Assembly: GCF_964188315.1 (NCBI RefSeq)
Contig: NC_135667.1
Location: forward strand, 21,762,001 to 21,826,000
Source of the DNA: Podarcis muralis
Taxonomy: Eukaryota
Direction: 5' to 3'
DNA length: 64,000 nucleotides
Part shown: positions 50,601-63,848 of the stretch, piece by piece
Layout of the letters: the number at the start of each line of letters is the position of its first letter
Position numbering within the stretch: position 1 is the stretch's first letter
Position numbers and translations under genes: made by a program
Notes under the pieces: model-generated
What the model was told of the DNA's origin: nothing
Seen by the model: only the letters and a program-made list of their open reading frames with translations
The model's database searches: none

Positions 50601-53600
50601 TATTTGCCAGGAGGTGATGGGACCAGTGGCCATGATCTTCGTTTTTTTGATGTTGAGCTTCAGACCATATTTTGCGCTCTCCTCTTTCACCCTCATTAAA
50701 AGGTTCTTTAATTCCTCCTCACTTTCTGCCATCAAGGTTGTGTCATCTGCATATCTGAGGTTGTTGATATTTCTTCCGGCAATCTTAATTCCAGTTTGGG
50801 ATTCATCCAGCCCAGCCTTTCGCATGATGTATTCTGCATATAAATTAAATAAGCAGGGAGACAAAATACAGCCTTGTCGTACTTCTTTCCCAATTTTGAA
50901 CCAATCAGTTGTTCCATATCCAGTTCTAACTGTAGCTTCTTGTCCCACATAGAGATTTCTCAGGAGACAGATGAGGTGATCAGGCACTCCCATTTCTTTA
51001 AGAACTTGCCATAGTTTGCTGTGGTCGACACAGTCAAAGGCTTTTGCATAGTCAATGAAGCAGAAGTAGATGTCTTTCTGGAACTCTCTAGCTTTCTCCA
51101 TAATCCAGCGCATGTTTGCAATTTGGTCTCTGGTTCCTCTGCCTCTTCTAAATCCAGCTTGCACTTCTGTGAGTTCTCGATCCACATACTGCTTAAGCCT
51201 TCCTTGTAGAATTTTAAGCATAACCTTGCTAGCGTGTGAAATGAGTGCAATTGTGCGGTAGTTGGAGCATTCTTTGGCACTACCCTTCTTTGGGACTGGG
51301 ATGTAGACTGATCTTCTCCAATCTTCTGGCCACTGCTGAGTTTTCCAAATTTGCTGGCATATTGAGTGTAGCACCTTAACAGCATCATCTTTTAAAATTT
51401 TAAATAGTTCAGCTGGAATACCATCACTTCCCCTGGCCTTGTAGAACTGGAGTCAAATGTGTGTTGGGCAACTCCCCAAGCAAATCTCTTTGTGTCCTTC
51501 ATTTTTCTTCTCCTCGCTTCCTATCACCACTCCCCTCCATGTTACACATATGAAATCAGGGCAGCTGGAGAGGTATATTAGAAGTGCATTCTTGGCACCT
51601 GCAACCACTCCATCTCAGTAGTTTTTAAAATGCAAATTACATATTTGGGTGGGTAGGAGGAGATCTGGATCAGAAAAGTGGCATATAATTGGTAGGGGGT
51701 GTTTAACCCTATCATTGCATTGTGTTCCCATTCCAAAATTGTTGTTGTTGTTGTTGTTTAGTCGTTTAGTCGTGTCCGACTCTTCGTGACCCCATGGACC
51801 AGAGCACGCCAGGCACCTCTGTCCTCCACTACCTCCCACAGTTTGGTCAAACTCATGCTGGTAACCTCGAAAACACTATCCAACCATCTCGTACTCTGTT
51901 GCCCCCTTCTCCTTGTGCCCTCCATCTTTCCCAGCATCAGTGTCTTCTCCAGGGAGTCTTCTCTTCTCATGAGGTGGCCAAAGTACTGGAGCCTCAGCTT
52001 CACGATCTGTCCTTCCAGTGAGCACTCAGGGCTGATTTCCTTAAGAATGGATGCGTTTGATCTTCTTGCAGTCCATAGGACTCTCAAGAGTCTATTCCAA
52101 AATTAATGCACACCAAAATCTTGCATCGGAAAAAAACAATTATTTCAAAGCAAAGCAAGATCCCAAGTTTGGGTTGGGACCAAAGTGGATTTGTATGTGC
52201 AAGGAGTTAAAGCCTCCCTACCCTTCAAACCAAGGAACTGATCCAGATTAGCTGCCACAACTGCAAATTACATCAAAATGTTTATCATATTTACCTAGAG
52301 AGCTAATCATGCAATTTCTATTTATGTAGTTGTTATCCTGACTGATTTGGATCTCACATGTATCTAAGTTACCCTATTTTTGATGGGTTATGTCAGGGGA
52401 AATTACGGTACATTTTATAATGTGGGGTTCATTCCTTGACCTACGTATGTTCAGTCTGGGACTGGAATCAACCCAGAAATGCAGAATTTATTCAGAAGAT
52501 ACACGAGTGATTATTAAAAGGAATTCAACATGCAAAACATGCAAACAAAACACATTAACTTGGAGCATAAAAATTCTGAATAAGATGCTTATGGGAACAT
52601 GGTCTGTGACACTGCAGAGGTGGTGTAAATTTTCAAATCCATGACTGCTTATATAAATTTTAATATCAAAAATAATTTATCTCTCTACTTTCCCCCCAAA
52701 AGAGCCTAGGATACAAAACCCACAAACAGTAAAACACCTAAAAAAAGTTCTAAAAACAATTCCAATACAGAGGCAGGCTGCGTAACATCCACTGAAAAGG
52801 TTTGTGTGAAGAGGATCGCCTTAGGCACTGAAACAGCAACAGGGACTGTTTTTGCCTAATATTTAATGCTCCTTCAGGGGAAAAATAAACTGAACCAAAG
52901 CAGGCAATAGATCAATTAAATGGACTTGGGGACCCTTCCCCAAGGTGCCTCCATCTTGCTAGGATTCAGAATCAGTTCGTTAGCCCTCATCTAGCGCACC
53001 ATTGAGTCCAGGCTTGCACAATATCTAGTGATTTAATATTGCAGTGAAATAGCGTACTGATGACTTCCAGTCTAAATCTTCTAATGACCACACTCAATGG
53101 CTTCATAGAGGTGTTAAATGACATGTGGCATTTGATGATGCCCTGTGGCACCCCTTACAGCACAACTGCCCAATGTTTTTCTCTGAAAGCAACCCTGCAG
53201 ATAGGATCACAACTAGTGTCTACAATTAACTAAGTTGATTCAGAAGGACCATATGGTTAATGGTATGAAAGTTCATTGAGAAATCAAGTCAGTCACATTC
53301 TCCTATCAACTCCCCGTAAACATCATCCACCAGGACAACCAAAGATGATTCAGTTTCGTAACCTGACCTGAACCCAGATTGAAATTGGTCAAGATAATTG
53401 GTTTTATGGAACAGTACTTGCAATTGTTGCACATCAAACCTTTCAATCAGCTTCCTTAAAATGTGATTTGTGCAACTGGGAGCTGTTTGTCACAAACCAA
53501 TGAACATCAAAACCTGTCTTATATTAAAGACCAACTAGCAGTCTGAGTTTGCCTAGTTCTGAATACCAATTATATCTTACAAACTTCCTGTTCCCAATCC

Positions 53601-54539
53601 CATTTTCTTCCCTCATTTATGAACTTAAAGGAGGGCTTTTCTTAATCTGGGTATAAGAATGAAATAACAACGTTTGATCAGATTATTCCTAATGCATCCA
53701 TTTTGCTTCCAATGCACAAAATAAAATCTCAAAGAATAAAAGATGTATGGAAAGAGTATTGGATTTTCACGCAGAAGTGTTCTACCTGTGGAATCTTATA
53801 GATATGTGAGATGGTTGCCACATGAAGGGAGATCTCAGTGTCAAGTCCCCCAATGACAGCTGTCAGATTATTCTGGATATCACATATATAGTTGGGGACA
53901 AATTTCTCCAGTGTGGATAAAAGCAGCATTGTGGCATGATAGGTCTTCCTTGCATTATCATTGCTGTCATAGATGTGGAAGCCCAAGGTGTAGTTGGGTA
54001 AGATGTGAGAGTTTTCGTTGATCTCCTTTACTGCAAATGCTAAGGCTAGGATGTGCTGGTAACACTTAGGCATCACCCTAGAACAAGAGTTGCAATCTTT
54101 ATCAAAATGATACTTCATACTGGTATGTCCTTTACATTTAAACTCAGAAGTTAATCATTTCAGTGTTATGTGGCCCTCACAAGGACCATAAAATGGAAGA
54201 ATGAGATTTCTACTTCTGAAAAGAAGCTTTCCTATTAATTCTACTTGTTGCAGAAAGATTATAAGAATGAACTGCTCAAAGGTACACAAATTTCAGGCAC
54301 ATAATTATACATTCCTCCCAATAAAGTGTTATTCATTCCCCTGTGGAGCAACAGGACCTTTCCCCGTTAAGTATTCAATTAATTGCCTTAATTTAACAGT
54401 ATAATCCCATGTATCTTCAGGCAGAAATGGATTTCAAGGGTGTTATTCTCACATAAGTGTGTATAGGTTTGCAGCCTCAGCAGGTGTTCTGAGGCTGCTG
54501 TTCTAGGACTGTTCATTCCAGTAACAAAATAAATAGAAG

Positions 54540-54584
<45 letters not shown>

Positions 54585-54809
54585 TTCTTACACAAGCTCT
54601 TCAGACAACTCCGGTGGGACTTGTTCAGTGAAGGTTACTGAATTGGAGAGGAAGCCACCATGAGAAGCAATGCCACCAATTATAAAATCTCCTAACTGAT
54701 GGTACTTATGAAGTGGCTGATGTGTAAACTGAATCCTGCACTCTTCTATGTGGACCTGACATACCTTTGGAGTAAATATTGCTAGCAGCAAGACAGCAAA
54801 AAAGACCAT
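44656..54809 (-). CDS. V2R gene D, intact, ~875 aa (in-frame upstream ATGs at 54875/54878 possible)
   Basis: Exons 54592-54809, 53786-54077, 48678-49538, 47322-47549, 46666-46792, 44656-45557 (2628 nt, in frame, GT-AG). Intron 2 is enlarged by two BovB copies and an L2 fragment. Confidence 0.92.
46045..46530 (-). mobile_element. Probable LINE-derived insertion in intron 5 of gene D
   Basis: Segment absent from the paralogous intron of E; ends in AATAAAACTTTCC on the minus strand. Confidence 0.3.
49966..51441 (-). mobile_element. Young BovB (RTE) LINE, 5'-truncated, ORF open for ~485 codons
   Basis: Uninterrupted RT with VRQGCILSP and YADD motifs, 3' end KSRTRLND*, and a (CAA)n tail. Confidence 0.95.
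51741..52093 (-). mobile_element. Young BovB 3' end (353 bp)
   Basis: Perfect 11-bp TSD ATTCCAAAATT at 51730-51740 and 52094-52104; near-identical to the 3' end of the 49966 copy. Confidence 0.95.
52660..53480 (-). mobile_element. Old L2 LINE fragment (RT domain and 3' end)
   Basis: Degenerate [27 protein letters not shown] and GVPQG...FN..MKPL..VIRRF..HQYA motifs. Confidence 0.65.
54538..54584. repeat. (AAT)n microsatellite directly at the exon 1 donor of gene D
   Basis: About 15 units, ending 5 nt from the GTAAG donor. Confidence 0.9.
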
Positions 54810-54997
54810 CTTCCATATAAGGGCACATCTACCTTCAACCACATATTCATCTAATCTCTTCCACAGCACTATCATCATATTATATTACATTACAACTGTC
54901 TAACCTGAGAGGTAGTTTAGTTTTGGGAGAAGTGGGAATCTAGGACATCCAGGATCAAAGTAAGGTACCCCAAAACGTTTTTTCATGATCATGGCTA

Positions 54998-55090
54998 TAT
55001 TTATAACATCCTCCAACAGCTTTGTTTTGTGTTTTTCCAGGGCCACTGAATGTACACCAAGGATTTGTGAAGCAGCAGAATTAATTACAG
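54998..55090 (-). promoter_or_regulatory. Candidate V2R-D core promoter (TATAAATA plus upstream TAATTAAT)
   Basis: TATAAATA at 54998-55005 and GCAGCAGAATTAATT at ~55073-55087; the same module is conserved in E and, degenerately, in A/B. Confidence 0.45.
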
Positions 55091-55479
55091 ACCTTTCAAT
55101 CATCAAACAGGAAGGTAATTATTAAGACAAAATGCTGGGTTCCCTGTAGAATTGCTGGAGAATATTTACAACTCTCATTTTACCCCCCCCCCTTTGTTAG
55201 ATTATATGGAAACAGTGGTGGAGAGGGGAATTTTGAAGGTAGGAGCTTATCATAACAGTCCCTGTAGCGAAAGGAGACTCCAAAATTTAAAGTGGTATAT
55301 GTAGCATGTAGGAATTAGGCAATGGTTCACATCTGTGATTTGACAGAGAGAGGGGGGGGGTCCATTGAACTCTGGATTTATTAACTAGGCATAGTTTTAC
55401 AAATTTCAACATGCAAATCACATTTAGTTTTAAGAAAAGATATTAAGTGAGCTAAAAGACAACCTTTTGCTTTTAATTA

Positions 55480-55863
55480 AAAGGACAAAAAGAGGGAGGA
55501 GACTGGGAGGAGGAGGTGTCAGAAGTGGAAGAAGTAACCGGGTTTAGTGAGCAATGAGAGTCTGTGGCAGAGAGAAGTCCAGCATAAGGATCAGAAGCTG
55601 AAGAGGAGGAAGGCAAAACAGCAGAAATAAGTTTGGCTGGTGAAGAAGCCAGGTGTCTTCCCCTCCTGCTGCAAGAATTCCCCCCATCTCCCCCCCCCCA
55701 TCTCCTTGGACCAGAAGAGATATAAAGAGGGAGGAGAAGAGACCTAACGAGAAGAGTTGCTGTGCTCATTAGGCATGGCACTTCTGAGCAGACCTTATTT
55801 CTTCTAATAACGAGTTAACTTTCACTTACTTTGTGTGCTTTATTCTTGACACCCGTTCCTGAC
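55480..55863 (+). mobile_element. LTR-like repeat fragment
   Basis: Purine-rich U3-like tract, GATATAAAG, an AATAA-like signal and a ..CCTGACA end; recognised by resemblance only. Confidence 0.3.
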
Positions 55864-55934
55864 AGTCCACCATCTCCCAAGCGAGCCCATTCTGCTGTGT
55901 AGCAACACTTACTGTCAGAGAGTTATTCCTGATG

Positions 55935-56015
55935 TGTAGTCAGAATCCCCTTTCTTGTAACTTGAAGGCATTGGTTTGTGTCCTACCCTCCAGAGTAGGA
56001 GAAAACATGCTTGTT
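55935..56015 (-). mobile_element. CR1 fragment
   Basis: TTGTAACTTGAAGGCATTG..GTCCTACCCTC..GGAGAAAAC resembles the antisense of the CR1 ORF2 C-terminal region. Confidence 0.4.
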
Positions 56016-58115
56016 CTGCCCCCCCCCCCGGTTCCTATGCCAGACACAACCCTGCTCAAGCGTCCACCTGGAAGCTGGAAAATGGATAAGCGCCTAATGC
56101 CTGGACCAAAGCCTACCTACAATTTGTAATCAATAAAAGTTGTGGCTAATTTTAAATTCCAGAATGTTGTCATGTGCAGTTTGCTTACACCTGTTGTTGG
56201 TATTGTCTTTCACCGCCAGGGGGCACTGTGAGTAGGTCGGCAATAAGAATTGCAGCTGTAGTACATATTGGTTGTCTCTAGCAAAGAACAACCAGGCTAT
56301 GGGATACATGTTGGGAGAGCACCAATTATCAGTCAAGGGGTGTTTTAATAATTTATTTAACAGAAATTGTATATTGTTTAAGTGTAAATCAAACCTAAGC
56401 AGCTTACAGAGACTCTAACACATATAACACAGCCAAAGATCTTACTGTGCACCATGACTGGACAAGGCTTCCCACTGTAGATAGAGACTGCAAACTCACA
56501 GAGGGCTGCAAATGACCCCAAGGTGCTATGCACTTGACTTGTGGTCTGGGGAGAGGCTAAATCTGATGGTGCCTGTTATTTCCAGAATTGTGGGGAGTGG
56601 AGGTTGAGGCCTGGTGTGGCCATGGTGGGATGTGGGCTATTCCTATTTCTCAGCTACATTACAGTTTGAAGGGTCATTTTTGTGGTTGAACTGGACTAGA
56701 TGGGCTTTTGATCTGATCCACCATAATTCTTTATAACTTTGCATGGTATAAAAAAAGAAGATAGGTGTTACATGATTTCAATTCCCCTCCTCCAAATTCT
56801 CAAATGCTAGAAACTGAAATCCTGGTTTGTTTGGTTTGCATATTAAATATCACTTCACAAAACTTGCTTCCTGATCCCTCTTTGGTTTTTGTCTCTGTAA
56901 AGAGTGATGCCAACCACCAATCAGGTGGGGTTGGTGATCAAAATGAATAGTCAAATCCAGATGGTTCTCCTTTCATTGCGCCTCACGCTTTAACTGAGGA
57001 GCACAGATGAAATACACAGGTAACAAAAGAGACCACTTATTTCCATAAGGAAAGAAAAATGAGGAGCAAAGGCAGTGGTTCAAAGGGGCTATCCTAATTT
57101 CATTTACCTGGGAATAAGTCCCCTTGAGGTCAATGGGACTTACTTCTGATCAGACAGAATTAGCATTGAAGCCTTAGTGCATATTGACTGTCTCTAGTAA
57201 TAAATAATGAAGATATGAGACACAGGTCAGGAGAGAGACGATATTGTATGCCGCTTAATTGTAAATAAAACCTCTACTCATTTTACATAAAATATAACAT
57301 ATATATATCAACATTGTAAATAAAATTCAAGGTTAAAAAGAAGGTATTTTTTAAACTAGCATAATATAAATGAAGTCAACAGTTACAAATGTTCATCATA
57401 AACTAGTATTACAGATTTAAATGCATAAATACTTAAATAATGTGTATTGCAAAGCAATTTACACTTCTGTTTACATATAATGGATACAAGATTTAATTTT
57501 TTAGAATTTTTTCTTTTTTTTTAAGCAAACCAAGGTGGAAAATACTTCCTATGTTGAAGGTTGAATAAGTGGGTGGAAGGCTATACACTTGAGAATTCAG
57601 TAGATTGCTTTGACATCCCCACTCACATGTGAACAAATATAGAAGAGGAAGCTGAATCACACTGCAAAGCCCCACCCTCTCAGGTTCATACAATTCACCA
57701 TAAGCTTTATAGTAAGGGAGGCAACTAGTGTATCATGACATGAAAAGGCTCCCCATTGCACATACAATAATTTAAAATCAAGGAGGACTGCAAATGAGCC
57801 AAAGGTGATGTACTGGAGTGGGCAGCATTTGACATGCTCTTCTTCCTCCCCCCCCTTTTTTTTACTTCGAGTAAATGGCTCTTTGGCATCTTCCACCATG
57901 ACTTGTTTTCTGTTTGCACGGAATAAGAAGGACTGTAGACTTGATTCTGTTCTCCAAACACATTCCTCAACTTGGAGAGACTGAAGTCTTGTAGATAAAA
58001 TTTCCGTTAAGCTGCTGAAGAAAAGGGAACTACAAATATTGTGCTGTACACAAACATCCATAAAACACATCAGCATAAATCAACATTCCATAACAAAGAA
58101 CTCACAATAAAAACT

Positions 58116-61100
58116 TCATTCTTTTCTTCTGATTATCTGTTCCCTGTTGTTCAGCTGAGGCTGCAACAAAAGAATATAACACTTTGGGGAAAAGATGCAA
58201 CCAAACAACCCAGCGCTGGAAGCTAAGACAGAGAAGATCTCCACGGCTACCATATATTTCCCTTTAGTGCTCAAGTAACTAGGAACAAAAGATAACCAAA
58301 CGCTACAAAAGACCAACATGCTGAAAGTGATGAACTTGGCTTCATTGAAACTGTCTGGCAATTTCCTGGCAAGGAAAGCCACAGTCAAACTTACAATTGC
58401 CAGGAAGCCCATGTAGACGAGGACACAGTAAAACATAGTCACAGACCCCTCATTACATTCTAGTATAATTTCTTCAGCCATTGAGTGCATGTCAATGTCT
58501 AGGAATGGGGGAGAGGTTGCCAGCCACACAATACAAATGCCTGTTTGAATAAGGGAACAGGAAAGAACAATGGAGTAGGCCAGTCTTTTCCCCACCCACT
58601 TCCTCATCCTGGAACCTGGTTTGGTGGCCATGAAAGCCAGAACCACCGTGATAGTCTTTGCTAGCACACAAGAAACAGCTACTGAGAAGATAATGCCAAA
58701 AGCAGTTTGTCGGAGGAGACATGTTGCATTCTCTGGTTGGCCAATGAATAATAAAGCACAAAGAAAGCAGAGCTGTAGGGAGATGAGGAGAGTGTAGGTG
58801 AGGTTGCGGTTGTTGGCTTTGACGATGGGCGTCTTGTGGTTCTTCAGAAATATTCCCAGCACCAGTGCTGTGATTAAAGCAAAGGAAAGAGAAAGGAAGG
58901 CTAAACTAATGCCTAAAGACTCTTCATAAGACAAGAAGCTTATATCCTTGGGAATGCATGTATCTTTCCTCTTGCTAGGATAGTTTTCATCTGAGCATTT
59001 ATTACAGTCATTCATATCTGGAGAAACAAAGATGTTTATTGCCATTAATTTCAACAGCATGCCATAATTGCTCTCATTTCACGTATCCATTAAAATCCAG
59101 TGAAACTGTCAGTGTTGATACTATAAAGTTGTTCAATGGATATAAAGTATCATCAGAGTGGAAATAGGAATGCTGCATTGAAAATGACGTGGTCATCCAT
59201 TTGGGGCTAAATGTGGCATAAATGTTTTGATAACATCTCAATAACATTCTAAACATTCCTCTGGATAACAGAACACAGCAGCCTTTGTGTTTGATCCAGA
59301 ATAACTTAAGCAAACTTACACCGCTTGCATTTATTTCATTTGGAGCTGAGGGCAAGTAATGGCAAGTGGATCCTGCCGTCTGTGTCTATTGCTTACCCTC
59401 CCTGTTTGAAATCTTCCCATCTGGGCATGGGATGCAATCGTAGCAACAAAAAGGCTCCCCTTCCTTCACTTTCTTGCTAGATCCAGGTTGGCAACTCACA
59501 GTACATACGGAATGAGGCTGAACCTGAACCATAATGAAAGAGCATAATGATGATTAAAAGAATAATTATTAGGAAATCTTTCTGGTTCTGGGTACCTTTG
59601 TGTGGGGAGAGGGAGAAACTATTTGGTATGATATAGAAGATATTTTTCCGAACTAGAGAGAGCATTGCTGTTCACTGAAAGCCAGTATAAACACCCTCTA
59701 TTTTTCACCGATATGGAGGTGTTTGGGCAGATCACTGTATAACCAAGTGCACACACTTCAGTGGGTGTGTATGATTTTCAAAGGAAAGCAATTTTAGAAA
59801 TCTGGACCGATCCCCAGTGCTCATTCAATACTGGAACTCATTTGAAACAGGAGATACTTGGAGCCTACTTGGTTAAACCAGCTGTGCCATGTTATGGCAT
59901 CTTCATCAAGGGTAAATGCACGATCTGGAGAAGTCTTTGGGTCCATCCTTCCAATTCTCACTCTATGAAAGGATTGGTTGGAGGAAATAATCCAGTTGAT
60001 AATATCCAAGCCACTTAGTACCTCTCCATACTGGTTGAAGGAGACCTCATTTCCTGCAGTGTTGTTAAATGTGATACTTCTCAAAAAGCGGTGGAGCTAG
60101 ATTGAAAAACAAAACAAAACAAAACAAAACAAAACAAAACAAAACAAAGGAAGGAATTTAGTGAAGACTGACTTTTGATCTTTCAGACAAAGATCTATTG
60201 TAGAGATGGTGAAACTTGTTCCCATAAAGGCATGTTAACACACAGGAAAACCTTTCTCATTTAATGTTGAATGGAGCCCAGAGTCAATGAAAGATGGTGA
60301 CGGAGCTTGATCTGGTGGATTTTCCAATAAATTTTCTCTGACACACATCCTGCTTTCTTGTTGTTTTTGTCAGTGTCCTACCTCTCAGGAGTGGTGTGGG
60401 ATCACTTGATCTGATGAAGCATTTGTGGAATAGGGGATGCTAGGAGAGCAATGACAATAAAGATATAGTTATTGTTATCGATGCAGATGCCTCTGGCTGC
60501 CATCACTGCTTCCTGGCTGGAATTTGAGCCGCATCTGAATTGATTGTGTGGCATCTCACAGCCCCACCCCCCACCATGGACATTTTCTGCTGGAATAAGC
60601 TCATTAACTTATTCCCCTTTCATCTGTGTAGTACCATCATTGTTTAGCTAAAATTTGCAAGCATTTCAATATTTCATACTAACTGAAAAGTATAGCTACA
60701 ACACTGGTTTCCTCTTTCTCACACCCATGCAGAAAGTTGCAAATCCAGGCAGCAAAGAGCAGAGCAGTGAGGAACCCCAGTTTTTGGGAGGAAAAAACAT
60801 TATTCCAAGGTGCTATGCAAGGTGAGAAACTTCTGCCCATTACCTTCCAAAACTGTTGGTTCCAATCCTTCTGTCTCTTTTTGTGAACCATTCCTCTGAA
60901 GTTAGATGAGGTCAACACATGCAAAGCATGGGCCACGGCATAAACAGCATTGTAGATGCTATAGCTGGGGCCTGTCATACTCATTTCAAAAAAATTCCGA
61001 GGAAGACTCTCCAGCTTTTCTTCTCCAGTGCAAATATTCCACTGCACCTTGCCAGCCATGGAATTTGGGAATTGACAGCCAAAGGCCTGTTGCCAGAAGT

Positions 61101-63110
61101 CCCTGAGAAAACCATCTCCATCTGTAATGGATGGATTTCTGCTCTTAACATATTGATGAAAACCTTCTAGTTCTTGCAAATGAATTGCAAAAGATATAGT
61201 GCCTTGGAACACATCTAAATCCCAATTCCTTTGAAAGCTATATGAAGTGAATAACACCTGGGCTGTTGTGATCCACACTTTACCTTTTATATTCATTGTC
61301 ACAGGCACTATGTTTTTTAGATAGGGAAGCCATCTTAAAAATATCATTGCATAAGATTCTCCATAGACCAGCACTACGTTAGCTTTGCTGCTCATTATTT
61401 CATCATGCAATTTTGCCCCTACTTGAATCATGTCATCAGTTGCAGTGGCAAAACTAATTGCTGGAATTTTTTCTTGAAAGGCAAAGCAAATACCACTCTC
61501 TGCAAACACTGGGAGCACAGTGTGCACAAATCTTTCTCCATTGTCGTTATCCATCACAAGGACCCCAATCCATGTCCATCTGAAATGCAGAAGCAAAGAG
61601 AGAATTCCTGCAAATTGGTGCCGTTCCTGGGGGGCCATCTGGTAGAAGGAAAATCCTGGGGTTTGATCATTCATCACTGGAGCAGGGCCATATGTGAGCT
61701 AAGGAGAGATTGGAGAAATAAATGTTAGGTTGGAAATTCTTATTTTAACATATCAAAAGTGGCATCAAATCCTATGAATAATTATCCCTTAAAAGGGGCT
61801 ATAGGTAATCAGCTGGTATTCACCACAAACCAATTAATAAAGGGACATCAGAATATGTGTTACACTGAATCAGACAAGTAGTCTGGTTTGTGTCATTATG
61901 AATCTCAGTTATACTTTGTGACTATCATGTGACAATCATTTCATTCCCCATCCTTATTTATGAGGGTTTTCTTAGTCTTGGAACAATGAGAAGAGGAAGG
62001 AAGGAAGGGCCACCCATCCATTTTTAGTGCACCCCCTTCTGGTTCCAACCCACACAAAACAAAATCTGGAAAGACCAAGGAAGTATGAAAATGGTATTGG
62101 ATTCAAATATTCCACACACAGACAGAAGTGCCCTACCTGTGGAATCTTATAGAGATGCAAGATAGTTGACATATGAAGGGAAGTTTCAGTGTCAAGTCCC
62201 CCAATGACAGCTGTCAGATTATTCTGGATATCACATATATAGTTGGGGACAAATTTCTCCAGTGTGGATAAAAGTAGCATTGTGGCATGACAGGTCTTCC
62301 TTGCATTGACATAGCTGTCATAGATGTGGAAGCCCAAGGTGACGTTTGGTAAGATGTGATGGTTTTCATTGATCTCCTTTACTGCAAATGCTAAGGCCAG
62401 GATGTGCTGGTAACCCTTAGGCACCACCCTAGAACAAGAGTTGCAATCTTTGTCAAAATGATATCTCATACTGCTAAATACTTTGCATTTAAACTCAGAA
62501 GTTAATTATTTTAGTGCGAGGTGGCCCTAACAAGGACCATAAGATGAAATAATCAGATTTCAACTTCAGAAGAGAAGAGAAGTTTTCCTATTCATTCTAC
62601 CAGGTTGCAGAAAGTTTATAAGAATGCATGCCTCTCAATAAAGTGTTATACATTTCCATGTGGAACAATGAGATTTTTTCCCCTTTTGGTATTCTATTAA
62701 CTTCCTAAACCTAATACCACCATCCTCTCTATTTTCAATAAGAGATGGATTTGAAGGGAATTATTCCCAAATATGTATGTATAGAGTTTTAGGACTGTTC
62801 ATTTCAGTGACAAAATAAGTAGAAGTAAATAATAATAGCTAAGTTCTTACACAAGCTCTTCAGGCAACTCCAGTGGGACTTGTTCAGTGAAGGTTGCTGG
62901 ATTGGAGAGGAAGCCACCATGAGAAGCAATGCCACCAATGATAAAATCTCCTGACTGATGGTACTTATGAAGTGGCTGGTGTATATACTGAATCCTGCAG
63001 TTTGCTATGTGGACCTGACATGTCTTTTGAGTAAATAGTGCTAGTTGCAAGACAACAAAAACTGCTGTCTTCCATACAAGGGCACATCTAACTTTTATCC
63101 ACATATTCAT
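58116..63110 (-). CDS. V2R gene E, intact, ~887 aa
   Basis: Exons 62851-63110, 62137-62428, 60844-61698, 59869-60096, 59397-59523, 58116-59017 (2664 nt, in frame, GT-AG). It is the closest paralogue of D. Confidence 0.92.
60105..60148. repeat. (AAAAC)n microsatellite forming the polypyrimidine tract of gene E exon 4
   Basis: About 8 units; reads (GTTTT)n on the gene strand just upstream of the acceptor. Confidence 0.9.
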
Positions 63111-63185
63111 GTAATCCCTTCTACAGCACTGTCAATACATTAAAACTGGCTAACCTGAAAAGTAGTTTAATTTCACGAGAGGCTA

Positions 63186-63275
63186 TATTTATAACATTTC
63201 CCACAAACTTTGCTTTGAGTATTTACATTGGTCACTGAAATTGCACCATGGATTTGAGAAGCAGCAGAATTAATT
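63186..63275 (-). promoter_or_regulatory. Candidate V2R-E core promoter (TATAAATA plus upstream TAATTAAT)
   Basis: TATAAATA at 63186-63193, 76 nt above the ATG; GCAGCAGAATTAATT at ~63260-63275. Confidence 0.45.
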
Positions 63276-63440
63276 ATAGTCCTTTTGACTATAGGAAGGT
63301 GATTATTAAGTTAAAATGCTGAGTTCCCTGTAGGATTGCTGGAGAATAGTCAGAACTGTCATCTTAAATTCCCCTTGGTTCTATAATATAGGAGCCGTAG
63401 TGCAGAGAGGAATTTTGAAGTTGTAGCCAAAGGCGATTCC

Positions 63441-63791
63441 AAAGTGTAAAGTGGTATATGTAGCAAGTTGGTATAAGGGCATGGCAACCTGGGTTCACAG
63501 CTCTGGTCACTGAGATCCAGCACCGAGGGCCTTCTGGTGGTTCCCTCATTGTGAGAAGTGAGGTTACAGGGAATCAGACAGAGGCCCTTCTCGGTAGGGG
63601 CACCCACCCTGTGGAACACCCTCCCATCAGATGTCAAGGAAATAAGCAGCTATCCTATTTTTAAAAGATATCTGAAGGCAGCCCTGTTTAGGGAAGTTTT
63701 TAATATTTAATGCTGTATTGTTTTTAACACTTGATTGGGAGCCGCCCAGTGTGGCTGGGGAAACTCAACCAGATGGGTGGGGTATAAATAA

Positions 63792-63841
<50 letters not shown>

Positions 63842-63848
63842 CATTATG
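63441..63848 (+). mobile_element. L2 LINE 3' end with (TTA)n tail
   Basis: Same family as 39467-40390, in the opposite orientation. Confidence 0.78.

Noticed and set aside
50011-50952. 313-aa plus-strand ORF
   Set aside because: It is the antisense shadow of the BovB RT frame and recurs in the other BovB copies.
57105-57155. Palindromic AAGTCCCCTTGAGGTCAATGGGACTT (similar at ~11995)
   Set aside because: It resembles a widespread sauropsid palindromic repeat remnant and is not locus-specific.
59517-59530. Tandem GTTCAG-GTTCAG acceptors at exon 5 of E
   Set aside because: At most a 2-aa in-frame variant; common and low impact.
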